Origin: a virus
Strand: one strand, 5' to 3'
Virus record (IMG/VR): IMGVR_UViG_3300045988_081205
DNA: 64,000 nt
The position numbers were made by a program, and so were the translations under genes. The notes beneath the pieces are model-generated. The model was given only the letters and a program-made list of their open reading frames with translations. It was not told the origin of the DNA and ran no database searches. Position 1 is the first letter of the stretch. Every line of letters starts with the position of its first letter. Positions 8,950-17,923 of this stretch are shown here, piece after piece.

Positions 8950-9393
8950 ATGATTGAAACAAGAATTTATAAATGTGAATATTGCGGTGCAGAATTTGAT
9001 GATGAGTATGAGGCAAATTGCCATGAATGGATATGTAGATATAATGATACTAGAAAGCGAGATGGCAGTAGTCTAAGATTCTATAAAGATGATGGTACAG
9101 AAATCAAGTTCGACGATGCCGCATTTGTATGGGCTGATTTTGATAATAACACAGCATTTATTGTTGGCAATGATAGTGATGTAAAATTTGTCATTGATTT
9201 CTTTGAATGGCATGGCTATGAGAATCCGTTCCGTGCTATTGAAGATGGCGAGAATCCAAACTATTATGGACTCTGGTGGTTCAACCCAGAATTGCATTAT
9301 GGTGAATGGGTGCGTGTAGACGATCAGATTAAAAAATGGACGGATATTAAAAATAAATTTGAAAAGATGCTTGACAAATCAAATTCTATATGA
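8950..9393 (+). CDS. hypothetical zinc-finger protein
   Basis: ORF track; GGAGGA upstream; YKCEYCG...CHEWIC. Confidence 0.6.
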   Translation: MIETRIYKCEYCGAEFDDEYEANCHEWICRYNDTRKRDGSSLRFYKDDGTEIKFDDAAFVWADFDNNTAFIVGNDSDVKFVIDFFEWHGYENPFRAIEDGENPNYYGLWWFNPELHYGEWVRVDDQIKKWTDIKNKFEKMLDKSNSI

Positions 9394-9399
9394 TATAAT
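9371..9399 (+). promoter_or_regulatory. consensus promoter (family member)
   Basis: TTGACA, 17 nt, TGaTATAAT; overlaps 3' end of upstream CDS. Confidence 0.65.
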
Positions 9400-9430
9400 C
9401 CAATTATCAAATGAATGGAGATGATAATAT

Positions 9431-9772
9431 ATGGGATTAGATATTAGAATCAGTCGTGCCAAGCCAATCTATTGCCCGCATTGCGGTGAATTGGTTACAT
9501 ATCGAGCTGTTGATACAGTTGATGGTGACGGCTCAAGTTGGTATGAATTTCTTGAATCTATTGGTTACTATAAGCCATATGTAAAAGGGCAACCTTATTC
9601 ACCGTCTATGTATGGTAAAGATTTGGTGTTGAGCAATGAGCAGGTCGGTAAATTGTTCAAATTTGTAAATCACCCTGATTTTGAGGGTATATGGCAAATG
9701 GATAGTGTATCGCGTCTGATAGAATCGGCTCGTATCGATGGTGATAAAATTGTAATCAATGCAGATTGGTGA
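9431..9772 (+). CDS. hypothetical protein
   Basis: ORF track; ATGGAG upstream. Confidence 0.6.
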   Translation: MGLDIRISRAKPIYCPHCGELVTYRAVDTVDGDGSSWYEFLESIGYYKPYVKGQPYSPSMYGKDLVLSNEQVGKLFKFVNHPDFEGIWQMDSVSRLIESARIDGDKIVINADW

Positions 9773-9782
9773 TGATAGAAAT

Positions 9783-9932
9783 ATGCTTAATACCTATTTC
9801 AAAATCGGAGATTTCATTTGCCATGTAGACTGCTATGACCGTGAGACTGGTCTGTGGGGATATAGCTGTGATGAAGTACCAGTTCTTAATGGCTGGACTT
9901 GTGAAAAATTTATCCAAGAATTTCAAATATGA
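9783..9932 (+). CDS. hypothetical 49-aa protein
   Basis: Below track cutoff; fills gap; its TGA overlaps the next ATG (9929). Confidence 0.45.
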   Translation: MLNTYFKIGDFICHVDCYDRETGLWGYSCDEVPVLNGWTCEKFIQEFQI

Positions 9933-10126
9933 AAAGAGAAGAATTTTACCTTGTTCAATATACAAGGCGAATGGAATTAAGCTGTACTAATAACATAAAG
10001 TTAGATTCGGATGAGATTATGTTTATATCTGAAGAATCCGCGCGGAAATTTATTATGGATTTATATAATAGTGGCGATTTGTTATGGGCGCGATTATCAA
10101 TTTATGAGGATTATTATCCAGATTAA
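9929..10126 (+). CDS. hypothetical protein
   Basis: ORF track; ATGA coupling. Confidence 0.5.
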   Translation: MKREEFYLVQYTRRMELSCTNNIKLDSDEIMFISEESARKFIMDLYNSGDLLWARLSIYEDYYPD

Positions 10127-10137
10127 AAAAATAATTC

Positions 10138-10166
10138 TTGACAAATGACTAATTGTGTGATATAAT
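10138..10166 (+). promoter_or_regulatory. consensus promoter (family member)
   Basis: TTGACA, 17 nt, TGaTATAAT. Confidence 0.65.
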
Positions 10167-10197
10167 ATAATTACCAAATGAAAGGATGGTATATATT

Positions 10198-10392
10198 ATG
10201 GATAAGAAATTGGTCAAGTTTATAGAAAGTACATATGAGATGGCATTATTATGCAACAACAAAGTTGACGTAAGGTGCTATATGCATCAAAGTCTTGGAG
10301 CTTGTTGTTACGAATATGAGCGGTCTGGGGATCTGGATGCAATCAATATTTGGCGCGATGAATGGAGAGAAAAATTTGAAAAATTAGCTTGA
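10198..10392 (+). CDS. hypothetical protein
   Basis: ORF 10186..10392; ATG 10198 preferred because the first ATG abuts the conserved leader CAAATGAAAGGA. Confidence 0.5.
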   Translation: MDKKLVKFIESTYEMALLCNNKVDVRCYMHQSLGACCYEYERSGDLDAINIWRDEWREKFEKLA

Positions 10393-10417
10393 CAAATAGT
10401 ATCTCTTATAGTATAAT
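10389..10417 (+). promoter_or_regulatory. consensus promoter (family member)
   Basis: TTGACA, 17 nt, TATAAT; the -35 contains the upstream stop codon. Confidence 0.6.
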
Positions 10418-10518
10418 ACAGATGTGGTTGAGAGATTAGGTAATCTCAATTACAATTCTTCATTGTGAACCTCCTAGAATATAGTCCTGAGCATGACGAT
10501 AAAAGGCTCAAATAATAT

Positions 10519-10611
10519 GGCGGTGTCGGTTAATGGTAAGCCAGCTGGCCTATACCCAGTTTAGTCCTAGATTGGGGCAAAATCAGAGTTCGACCCTCTG
10601 CGCCGCTACCA
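10519..10611 (+). tRNA. class II-type tRNA or tRNA-like element, apparent anticodon UAU, encoded CCA
   Basis: Hand fold: acceptor GGCGGTG/CGCCGCT, D arm GGTT-AATGGTA-AGCC, anticodon arm GCTGG-CCTATAC-CCAGT, 23-nt variable region, T arm CAGAG-TTCGACC-CTCTG, ACCA end; C at position 33 is atypical. Confidence 0.5.
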
Positions 10612-10642
10612 TGATGAAATTCAAATTTAACGAGGTGATAAT

Positions 10643-10942
10643 ATGCGACTGTATTTTGATATTGATGACAACTGGTACGAAGGATATGATTCCTATGATT
10701 TTAAGCAAGACGTTAGAAATGGCATAGTGAAATCAATAACAAAAAATCTATTAACAGAAGGCAAATACAGCTTAACAGAAGAAGAAGCGCGTCAGATTGT
10801 TAAAGAAAACAAAGCTGAGATTATCGATAAGGTTGTACAGAAGGTGAGCGACGTAATTCTCAAGAAGCAAGAAATCAAATCGCTTGCGCCATCTTTTTCA
10901 GAGTTGAAAAAATGCAGATGCTCAAGTGGTAAAGTATTTTGA
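10643..10942 (+). CDS. hypothetical protein (possible +1 frame continuation to 10982)
   Basis: ORF track; GAGGTGA upstream; see frameshift finding. Confidence 0.55.
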   Translation: MRLYFDIDDNWYEGYDSYDFKQDVRNGIVKSITKNLLTEGKYSLTEEEARQIVKENKAEIIDKVVQKVSDVILKKQEIKSLAPSFSELKKCRCSSGKVF

Positions 10943-10983
10943 AGAAATGGTCGATAAGGCGATTGCCAAGAGGTTTAAGTAAT

Positions 10984-11223
10984 ATGGAAAAATCTCCACT
11001 AAAAGCCATAAGACAACATTGCTTGGAATGTTGCTGCGGCTCAGCTTATGAAGTAAAGAATTGTACTATCCATGATTGTAATCTGTATCCATTTCGTCTA
11101 GGCAACAACCCGTTTCGTACCCGTTCAATGACCGATGAACAGAAGCAAGCAGCGGCAGAACGGCTTAAATCGGCTCGTCTGGCAAAGAAATCATTGACTA
11201 ATAATGAAGAAAATTCAGATTAG
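10984..11223 (+). CDS. hypothetical Cys-rich protein (CLECCCGS...CTIHDCNLYPFR)
   Basis: ORF 10939..11223; internal ATG 10984 preferred. Confidence 0.55.
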   Translation: MEKSPLKAIRQHCLECCCGSAYEVKNCTIHDCNLYPFRLGNNPFRTRSMTDEQKQAAAERLKSARLAKKSLTNNEENSD

Positions 11224-11399
11224 TTGATTATGTAGGGTAAGTTTGTAGGGCTAGATGTTTAGGAGAATTTATTGATTATTAGTGTATGATTATTAACGAT
11301 TGGATTTGTTTACTTGCCGATACAGCTGTCCTCATATTCTCATTTGTATGCGGTGCAGCTTGGGCAATCAATTTATTGAAAAAATAATAAAAATAATGC

Positions 11400-11428
11400 T
11401 TGACAAATAAAATCAAGTATGGTATAAT
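11400..11428 (+). promoter_or_regulatory. consensus promoter driving the ORF-free region
   Basis: TTGACA, 17 nt, TGgTATAAT. Confidence 0.65.
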
Positions 11429-11921
11429 TGAGAATGCAAAGATGATGGTGCTGTATGAACGGATGTTCCATGCTACAGTGATTGCATATGAGTAGGCTAC
11501 AGCTAAGTGGAGTTTGATGAACAGCCATCATGATATAGGGAACGTGCGTGAGACAAATGAGATAAGCATGAATGGCGTAATTGCTGAGTAATGCTAAGTA
11601 GGGCGCACTAGTCAATCTGTTCGGCATAATGAAAGGGATTGGGATTGACAAATATAAAATGACATATCGGAAAGACGATGATAATATCCGACCGGATTTG
11701 AAGATAACCGTCAAATCTATATCACGCCCGCACTGGGGTCTGCGCAGAGTTTGAGAAGCGGCAGATACAGACTAGAGAATTGGGGTCGCGCCCAATCGTG
11801 CCACGTTAGCATCCATGCAAAAACATAACGGCAAAGGTGATATAAGGATATTATGTAAACATCATTCACGAGCCGATGCTAGAAATAGCTATGAGGTAGG
11901 AAGTCGGCTTGAGGTAAATAT

Positions 11922-11998
11922 GGCTCAGTACCCCAATCAGCAGAGGGAGCGGATTCAAAATCCGTAAAGTGTGGATTCGAATTCCACCTGAGCTACCA
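11922..11998 (+). tRNA. tRNA-like element, apparent anticodon CAA, encoded CCA
   Basis: Acceptor GGCTCAG/CTGAGCT, anticodon arm GCGGA-TTCAAAA-TCCGT, T arm GTGGA-TTCGAAT-TCCAC, ACCA end; D arm weak (3 bp, no GG in loop). Confidence 0.45.
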
Positions 11999-12459
11999 TT
12001 AAGTCCACTTGAAACGATATATAGTGGCTGGTTTATAGACTACTATTATGGAGATGAGAATGTGTCATAAGCACTCCATTATCAAATGCAAATCGAGCTG
12101 GTGAGAGGAAGTTAAACTGCTTAACAGCATAAAGGCATATGCAGTCAATCATGTCGATAACGAGAACCAGACGGATTAAGCAGAGATTGACCCCGTGGCA
12201 ACTAAGGGCTACTAATTAAAGTTGTAATCAATAAGCCGAGGCGAGGCATACAAAAACAGGGTGAGGTTCTAGAAGTCTTAGGACTAGGTTAGAGTGTAGG
12301 TTTATTGATTTGCTTCTAATGGGTTGATGCTTAAAGCCCATTTACAGTAGTTATGGTTTGTTGACCATTGTTTGAATTACTAGCCAATCGATGCCTAGGG
12401 TCGATAAAAACAAATCAATGGCGGTTCCGGTAGGTTGAGCCTAAAGCCTACTACCATAT

Positions 12460-12531
12460 GACCGTGTCAGTTAATTGGTAGGCTCTCTGTCCATAGCAGT
12501 TGAAATGTAGGTTCAAGTCCTGCCTCGGTCA
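12460..12531 (+). tRNA. tRNA-like element or degenerate tRNA (loop reads CAU), no CCA
   Basis: Acceptor GACCGTG/CTCGGTC (one mismatch), D arm AGTT-AATTGGTA-GGCT, T arm GTAGG-TTCAAGT-CCTGC; anticodon stem only 3 bp. Confidence 0.3.
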
Positions 12532-13141
12532 AAACGTCTATCATGCCTTTACTAGCATTGTAAGCACACTTGATAGCCGTCTGGTGGAAAAGCTGAAAAT
12601 CCTAGCTTTGTAAGGCCAAGGCCAAGAGTTGGTCACTTGCAAATGGTCTAGTTTATAGGTTGTAATGCTAGTTGCTAAATAGCTGATGGTTGACCACCTG
12701 ATACTATGAGGCAACGCTGCCACACTCTTGATTTTAAGATGGTTGCGCAACTGTAAATTCAATTTAACATGAATTTGTAGGGAGTGTGGCAATTCTAAAA
12801 ATCCTCGCAAAACACCGGTTAGAGGTTCTGATGGTATTGGTAAAACCATACAAAGAGATCGTGCAAGATGGCTTATAGTGCGGTGATGAAAGCTATTCCG
12901 CGCATTACTGAAAACGTCATTAAGTCCAAGGATAAATGACGTGTCGAGTTCGACGCAAAGAATTAGTTCAGCGATGTAGCGGCTGTAAAGCCACTAAACA
13001 ATATAGGGCTTGGGTAAGATGACCCTGTAAGTAGTTGATAGTGGAACAATAACCCTATATATCAAGTCAATATGCGCATGAACATTGCGACTTGTTTTAA
13101 TAAAATTTTATTAGAAACTGAAAGGAAATTAAAAGGAATTT

Positions 13142-13417
13142 ATGACCAAGAAGGAACTAATCAAGTTTGTAGCAGATAGTACAGAAAATACGGTCAAGGA
13201 CACAACTGAGATTGTAGACACATTCATTGATTATGTGCGGCATAGTCTAGTTCAGCATGAAGATGTTGTGATTCATGGCTTTGGCAAGTTCACAACCAAG
13301 TTGCGTGATGCTCGTACTGCTCGTAATCCACAGACCGGTGAAACCATTGAAGTTCCTGCTAAGTATGCTCTGACGTTTAAGCCGACAAGCACACTAAAGG
13401 CAGAAATCAATGAGTAA
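13142..13417 (+). CDS. HU/IHF-family DNA-binding protein
   Basis: Full-length match to the family pattern (FGKF..K.R.AR.ARNPQTGE.I.VPA) by recall. Confidence 0.85.
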   Translation: MTKKELIKFVADSTENTVKDTTEIVDTFIDYVRHSLVQHEDVVIHGFGKFTTKLRDARTARNPQTGETIEVPAKYALTFKPTSTLKAEINE

Positions 13418-13431
13418 ATAATCCTCCTGTT

Positions 13432-13470
13432 AAAATCCCTATGGTCGAAAGATTGTAGGGATTTTTCTAA
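13432..13470 (+). terminator. intrinsic terminator
   Basis: AAAATCCCTA / TAGGGATTTT stem (13432-13465) followed by T-rich tail. Confidence 0.6.
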
Positions 13471-13487
13471 AAGAAAGAGGTGATGAA

Positions 13488-13727
13488 ATGTTCTATACAA
13501 AAGGATTGCGCGGAGTCAAAATTTATTGTGGTGACGAGCTGATTGCTGAATCACCTGTACGTTATACTAATGAGTCTGTACCAATTAAAATTTCTCAAAA
13601 CGATATGAGCATAGATTTGAATATTACTACTAACTATGAGTTTGAGCAAGATGTCGAAAGTGGTAAGTGGTATCTATATGCTGATGGCATAAGAGTATGT
13701 GAGGTATTTCCTAAAACAGAAAAATAA
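13488..13727 (+). CDS. hypothetical protein
   Basis: ORF track; AGAGGTGA upstream. Confidence 0.55.
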   Translation: MFYTKGLRGVKIYCGDELIAESPVRYTNESVPIKISQNDMSIDLNITTNYEFEQDVESGKWYLYADGIRVCEVFPKTEK

Positions 13728-13730
13728 CTC

Positions 13731-13759
13731 TTGACAAATCGCCACTATGGTGCTATACT
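13731..13759 (+). promoter_or_regulatory. consensus promoter (family member)
   Basis: TTGACA, 17 nt, TGcTATACT. Confidence 0.65.
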
Positions 13760-13788
13760 TAAATCATCAAATGAAGGAGCTGAATATT

Positions 13789-14625
13789 ATGAATGAACTG
13801 TTTGTTATGAGTCTCAAAGCAAAGCACCGTAGTGAAGGTACTATTCGTGAATATACCAAGGCGATTGAGAATTGCTTGGAGCATATCAATAAGTCCGAAG
13901 CTGAAATCAAGCCGATTGACCTTGAACTGTGGCAGTCTAGCATGAGCAATCTTAGTTCTGCATCTGTTGCTCAGAGAACATCTGCGGTTCGTGAATATTT
14001 CAAATTCCTTTATCGCAACGAGTTCATTAACCGTAATCCAGCTGAGATGCTTGAAGCGCCGCAGATTAAGAATCGTGAGCAATCGGCTCTTAACGGCGAG
14101 CAGGTTAGAGCAATGGTCAATGCTGCAACCAATGAGCGCAACAAGGCGATTATCATGATGCTTGCTCAGACTGGCTTGCGTATTCATGAGCTTGCTAATA
14201 TCACGCTTGAGCAATATGAATCTCGTAGCAATAATATACTGGTTATTCGTGGTAAGGGTGATAAGGATAGATTGGTTGGCTTGGCTGATGAGACGATCAA
14301 GCTGATTGACAGTTATATTACCAATGAGCGCAAGGATGGTTGTGAATATCTGTTTGTAGGCAACAGAGGCAATAAAATGGATGGCAAGAATACTAGCGCC
14401 ATGCTCAAAGTATGTGCTAGAAAAGCTGGTATTGAGAATTGGGAAGAATTGCATATCAACAATCATACAATGCGCCGCACATTTGCTACTATGATGTCTG
14501 AGGCTGATGTGCCGATTGAGGTTATTAGTAAGGCAATGGGACATAGCGGAATCCAAATCACGTCCAGATATGTTAAGAGAACAGAACAACGTGCCGTAAA
14601 CGCAATGAGCGTTGTTAATTTTTAA
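13789..14625 (+). CDS. tyrosine recombinase (XerC/D-like integrase family)
   Basis: ATG 13789 after AAGGAG; core-binding-like N-terminus; catalytic-region motifs GLRIHEL, HTMRRTFAT, GHSGIQITSRY. Confidence 0.8.
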   Translation: MNELFVMSLKAKHRSEGTIREYTKAIENCLEHINKSEAEIKPIDLELWQSSMSNLSSASVAQRTSAVREYFKFLYRNEFINRNPAEMLEAPQIKNREQSALNGEQVRAMVNAATNERNKAIIMMLAQTGLRIHELANITLEQYESRSNNILVIRGKGDKDRLVGLADETIKLIDSYITNERKDGCEYLFVGNRGNKMDGKNTSAMLKVCARKAGIENWEELHINNHTMRRTFATMMSEADVPIEVISKAMGHSGIQITSRYVKRTEQRAVNAMSVVNF

Positions 14626-14642
14626 TTGAGGAGGACAAAGCA

Positions 14643-15209
14643 ATGATGTGGGACGATGTATTCAATAGTTTATACGAAGAAATTATGAAGGAAAGGACAA
14701 AGAAAGATATGAAGCTAGAATACAAATTCTACGAAAAGAATCTAGCACCTAAGTGGCTAGAGGGCGATTATGACCTGCATATTGAGGGCAATCGCATGAG
14801 GATGACGAGTAAGGATGGTAAGAAGGTCGAGGCTCGTTGCCATCCAGAGGATGATTGGCGGCTACAGATTGGCATTGATGAACTAAAAGAAAGAATGACT
14901 GAAGCAAAGAAGCCAAAAGAAATTAAGGTTGGGGATAGAGTTAAATTCGTATTTACTGATTTTTATAATCCAAATAAGCTCTGTGATTTCTTTGACACGG
15001 CTGAAGTTGCCACGTATGACATTATGAGAACCATGTCGACTGCTTTTTCTGGCGACGTCCCCAGTAAGGTATGGCGATATGAGGTACTGTATGTGGGTGA
15101 TCACCTTGACAGCTCTATCAATAAAAATGTACGAGTCGCCCTTGTAAGACATGAAACGACGGATACTGAGTTTGTTGTGCGGCTTGAAAAGTTGGAGTTA
15201 GTGTCATGA
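14643..15209 (+). CDS. hypothetical protein
   Basis: ORF track; GAGGAGGA upstream. Confidence 0.6.
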   Translation: MMWDDVFNSLYEEIMKERTKKDMKLEYKFYEKNLAPKWLEGDYDLHIEGNRMRMTSKDGKKVEARCHPEDDWRLQIGIDELKERMTEAKKPKEIKVGDRVKFVFTDFYNPNKLCDFFDTAEVATYDIMRTMSTAFSGDVPSKVWRYEVLYVGDHLDSSINKNVRVALVRHETTDTEFVVRLEKLELVS

Positions 15210-15505
15210 CCGATATGCACGATGAGGTTGTAGAGGCTGTTATAGAGCATTACAAGGGTGCTGATGAGGACATTGCAGCTGATTGCTTAGTATACCTATC
15301 TAGCTTAAAAGTCCTGCCATTAGCCTACACAGCCGATACAGCACTAGAATCAATGGGCAGATGCCCTATTTGTGGTTGTAAGCTAGAGCGGTATACACAT
15401 AGAGAGTTGCATACTGAGCTGGATGAGCCATGCTATGAGACATTAACAGAGGTCTATTGTCCAAATTGTGATATTCCATATAAGGAGGGAACATATGTCG
15501 GATAA
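15206..15505 (+). CDS. hypothetical zinc-ribbon protein
   Basis: ORF track; ATGA coupling; CPICGC...CPNCD. Confidence 0.55.
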   Translation: MTDMHDEVVEAVIEHYKGADEDIAADCLVYLSSLKVLPLAYTADTALESMGRCPICGCKLERYTHRELHTELDEPCYETLTEVYCPNCDIPYKEGTYVG

Positions 15506-15704
15506 TGAACTGCATGATGTACTGAAAGCCGAACTTGAGCCTAAATTTCAGAGCTATTTTAATCAGGGCTTAATGACAGGATGGGATGCTTGTATCTATG
15601 AGATTGATAAGCTGACAAGCGGCTTAACATCTGCTAAAGCAATTAGAGAGGTCATCAAACGTAAGGCAGCTGAAGCCAACTCAAGAGGTAAAAAGAATGG
15701 ATGA
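15495..15704 (+). CDS. hypothetical protein
   Basis: ORF 15468..15704; ATG 15495 after AAGGAGGGA. Confidence 0.5.
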   Translation: MSDNELHDVLKAELEPKFQSYFNQGLMTGWDACIYEIDKLTSGLTSAKAIREVIKRKAAEANSRGKKNG

Positions 15705-15780
15705 TGTGTGGCGGCTAGTGGCATGTGTGTTGCTATGGCTTGGCTTAATGCTATATGAAATCAAGAAAGGCGATGTATGA
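15697..15780 (+). CDS. 27-aa hydrophobic peptide
   Basis: Overlaps upstream stop and the next ATG (15777); MDDVWRLVACVLLWLGLMLYEIKKGDV. Confidence 0.35.
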   Translation: MDDVWRLVACVLLWLGLMLYEIKKGDV

Positions 15781-16046
15781 AAGAAAAGAATAATCTATTA
15801 CCATTATGGATTGCTGGCGGCTCGATATTATTTGTGTCAGCCGCTATGCCATTGATTGATTCTGTGGCCACACGGATTTCATCTGCTATCAATGCGCATA
15901 TCAATCGTATGCAGATTGATTTAGAGCTTGACCAGAGAGAGGCACAAGCCGCTGCTGAGACAATTAAGCCAAGTCCACAGATGACGCAAGCAATTGGTTT
16001 TGATGTAAATCCAGAGCCTGAATATGAGGATGATGATTATGAGTAA
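15777..16046 (+). CDS. membrane protein
   Basis: ORF track; N-terminal TM segment LLPLWIAGGSILFVSAAMPLI. Confidence 0.55.
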   Translation: MKEKNNLLPLWIAGGSILFVSAAMPLIDSVATRISSAINAHINRMQIDLELDQREAQAAAETIKPSPQMTQAIGFDVNPEPEYEDDDYE

Positions 16047-16236
16047 ACGCCCCTCCCATATCTGGGAAATTCCTTGCAACCGTTGTGATTATCAATCTGA
16101 TTGTGACAAATATGTAAAAATCGATCCGCGCATGACCGCACAGAGAGATAAGATGTGGAATGACGCTGATTTGAATTGTATGGATTGTGTGCTCAGAAAT
16201 GTGCTAAAGATGAGGAAGGATGGTGAGCCAGCTTAA
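16039..16236 (+). CDS. hypothetical Cys-rich protein
   Basis: ORF 16024..16236; start uncertain. Confidence 0.5.
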   Translation: MSKRPSHIWEIPCNRCDYQSDCDKYVKIDPRMTAQRDKMWNDADLNCMDCVLRNVLKMRKDGEPA

Positions 16237-16553
16237 TGGAATGGATTGAAAAAATTGTATGGCATGAGGTTGTGACTAGACCGCCCACTGAGGAAGAACT
16301 TGAAGAATGGGCAGAATGGGGATTGGTAGAGTACGAATATCCTGCCTATATTTTTAATTGCGAATTACCCGATGAAGGTAAACATATTCTAGTTCTTACA
16401 ACAGGTGGGTTTGTGTACGCAGATACTTGCATGGTTGATGATATATGCAATGGCGATAATATGTATTATCTCGATAATCATGGTGATTGGGATGACGTGG
16501 TAGCATGGGCATATTTGCCAACTGGTAAAAAGGACGAGGAGGATATTAAGTGA
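16236..16553 (+). CDS. DUF551-like protein
   Basis: C-terminal VVAWAYLP motif shared with 27429..27656 and 31171..31404. Confidence 0.5.
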   Translation: MEWIEKIVWHEVVTRPPTEEELEEWAEWGLVEYEYPAYIFNCELPDEGKHILVLTTGGFVYADTCMVDDICNGDNMYYLDNHGDWDDVVAWAYLPTGKKDEEDIK

Positions 16554-17923
16554 CCTCAAAAGGAACGTCTAGGTCATATATCCATTTTTTATCGAACGCC
16601 GCCGTTGATGTGACCGGCTCTTGTCATCATGTGCGATTCAAAAAATATAGCATCCTCCTAGATTGTGGCATGATACAGGGCATGGGGGATATTGTATCTG
16701 ATTATAAGGCTAATTTTGCTCAACTAAAAAAGATTAAAGCAAGAGAAGTAGATTTTATTATATTAAATCATAGCCATCTCGACCATATTGGGCTTGTCCC
16801 TGCACTATATGCTAAAGGATGTAGTGCTCATCTCTATGTGCCATCTGGTTCTACTGATTTTCTTAAACTGCTATGGGAAGATAGCCTCAAAATCATGCGT
16901 GCTGATTGTCTAAAAATCCAAAATAAGCATGGACAGAAAGCCGCGCCATTCTATGATGAACAAGCCATTGAACGTGCGTTGAATAGAATTATTGAGGTTG
17001 ATTATAATACACCAATCCAGCTTGCGCTTGATATTAAGTTGACATATTATCCTGCTGGTCATATTATCAATTCAGCGCAATGTGTACTTGAACTAAAGAA
17101 TGGATATGTGACTAAGCGTATTGGATTTACTAGTGATATTGGCGGCACATCTGAAAGACCGTATAAGGCGTGTAGAAAGGCATTGTCATTCGTTGATGTT
17201 CTTATCTCTGAATGCACATATTGTCAACAGGGGCGACCCAATAGTCCCAAGGATAGAGACAAAGATATTGAGAAAATCAAGACGGTCATTTCTGAATCCA
17301 ATAAAATCTTAATTCCATGTTTTTCTCTTGACCGTACGCAATCTATGTTGCGTTTATTACATGATGAGGGTATTGATAAGCAGATTAAAATTTATCTCGA
17401 CTCGCCTCTTGCATCTAAATTCTGTGCAATCTGGCCGTGGGAAGAAAACGAGCTTGAGAATGTGCGAATTGTTGAATCTCAAGAAGAATCAGTTAATCTA
17501 CAAATGCGAAATGAGCATTGTTTAATCATCAGCGCATCGGGATTCCTTGTAGGCGGCAGGATTATGAGCCATCTTAAAACGGCCCTGCCTGATATTCGCA
17601 ATCATATCTTATTTTGTGGTTTCGCTGGTGAGAATGGGCTTGCGTCTCAAATCAAATCAAATATGCCCGAAGTCAATATTGATGGAGCGAATGTGGTAAA
17701 CAAAGCTAATATCACAGAACTGCGCTCATTTAGTAGCCATGCTAGTTATGAAGAATTGATTGATTACTTGACAAATCAATGCCGTTTCAATAAGCTATGT
17801 CTAGTACATGGTAACTATGAGAATAAAGTAGAATTTTCCAATACTCTACAAGATGAGCTAATCAAACAAGGTAAATCAAGTAGAGTTGTATGTACTCAGC
17901 AGGATCAGAGGATATTCATATGA
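16550..17923 (+). CDS. metallo-beta-lactamase fold beta-CASP nuclease
   Basis: HSHLDHIG (HxHxDH) motif; C-terminal SSHASYEEL resembles beta-CASP motifs B/C; GTG start overlapping upstream TGA. Confidence 0.7.
   Translation: MTSKGTSRSYIHFLSNAAVDVTGSCHHVRFKKYSILLDCGMIQGMGDIVSDYKANFAQLKKIKAREVDFIILNHSHLDHIGLVPALYAKGCSAHLYVPSGSTDFLKLLWEDSLKIMRADCLKIQNKHGQKAAPFYDEQAIERALNRIIEVDYNTPIQLALDIKLTYYPAGHIINSAQCVLELKNGYVTKRIGFTSDIGGTSERPYKACRKALSFVDVLISECTYCQQGRPNSPKDRDKDIEKIKTVISESNKILIPCFSLDRTQSMLRLLHDEGIDKQIKIYLDSPLASKFCAIWPWEENELENVRIVESQEESVNLQMRNEHCLIISASGFLVGGRIMSHLKTALPDIRNHILFCGFAGENGLASQIKSNMPEVNIDGANVVNKANITELRSFSSHASYEELIDYLTNQCRFNKLCLVHGNYENKVEFSNTLQDELIKQGKSSRVVCTQQDQRIFI

Larger units (their letters stand above)
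11435..13110 (+). ncRNA. candidate large structured noncoding RNA region with embedded tRNA-like modules
   Basis: No plus-strand ORF of 60 aa or more between 11224 and 13141 in the track; starts at a consensus promoter; many local and long-range complementary segments (see finding). Confidence 0.5.

Noticed and set aside
11373-12849. Minus-strand ORFs 11373..11714 and 12541..12849
   Set aside because: They sit inside the promoter-driven structured region, antisense to it and without SD sequences. The first also overlaps the promoter itself.
12943-12956. GTCGAGTTCGAC considered as a tRNA T arm
   Set aside because: It is a simple palindrome with a 2-nt centre, and no acceptor or anticodon arms can be drawn around it.
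13759-14643. 294-aa minus-strand ORF
   Set aside because: It is an exact antisense shadow of the tyrosine recombinase gene, which has clear family motifs. It has no SD and a low-complexity composition.
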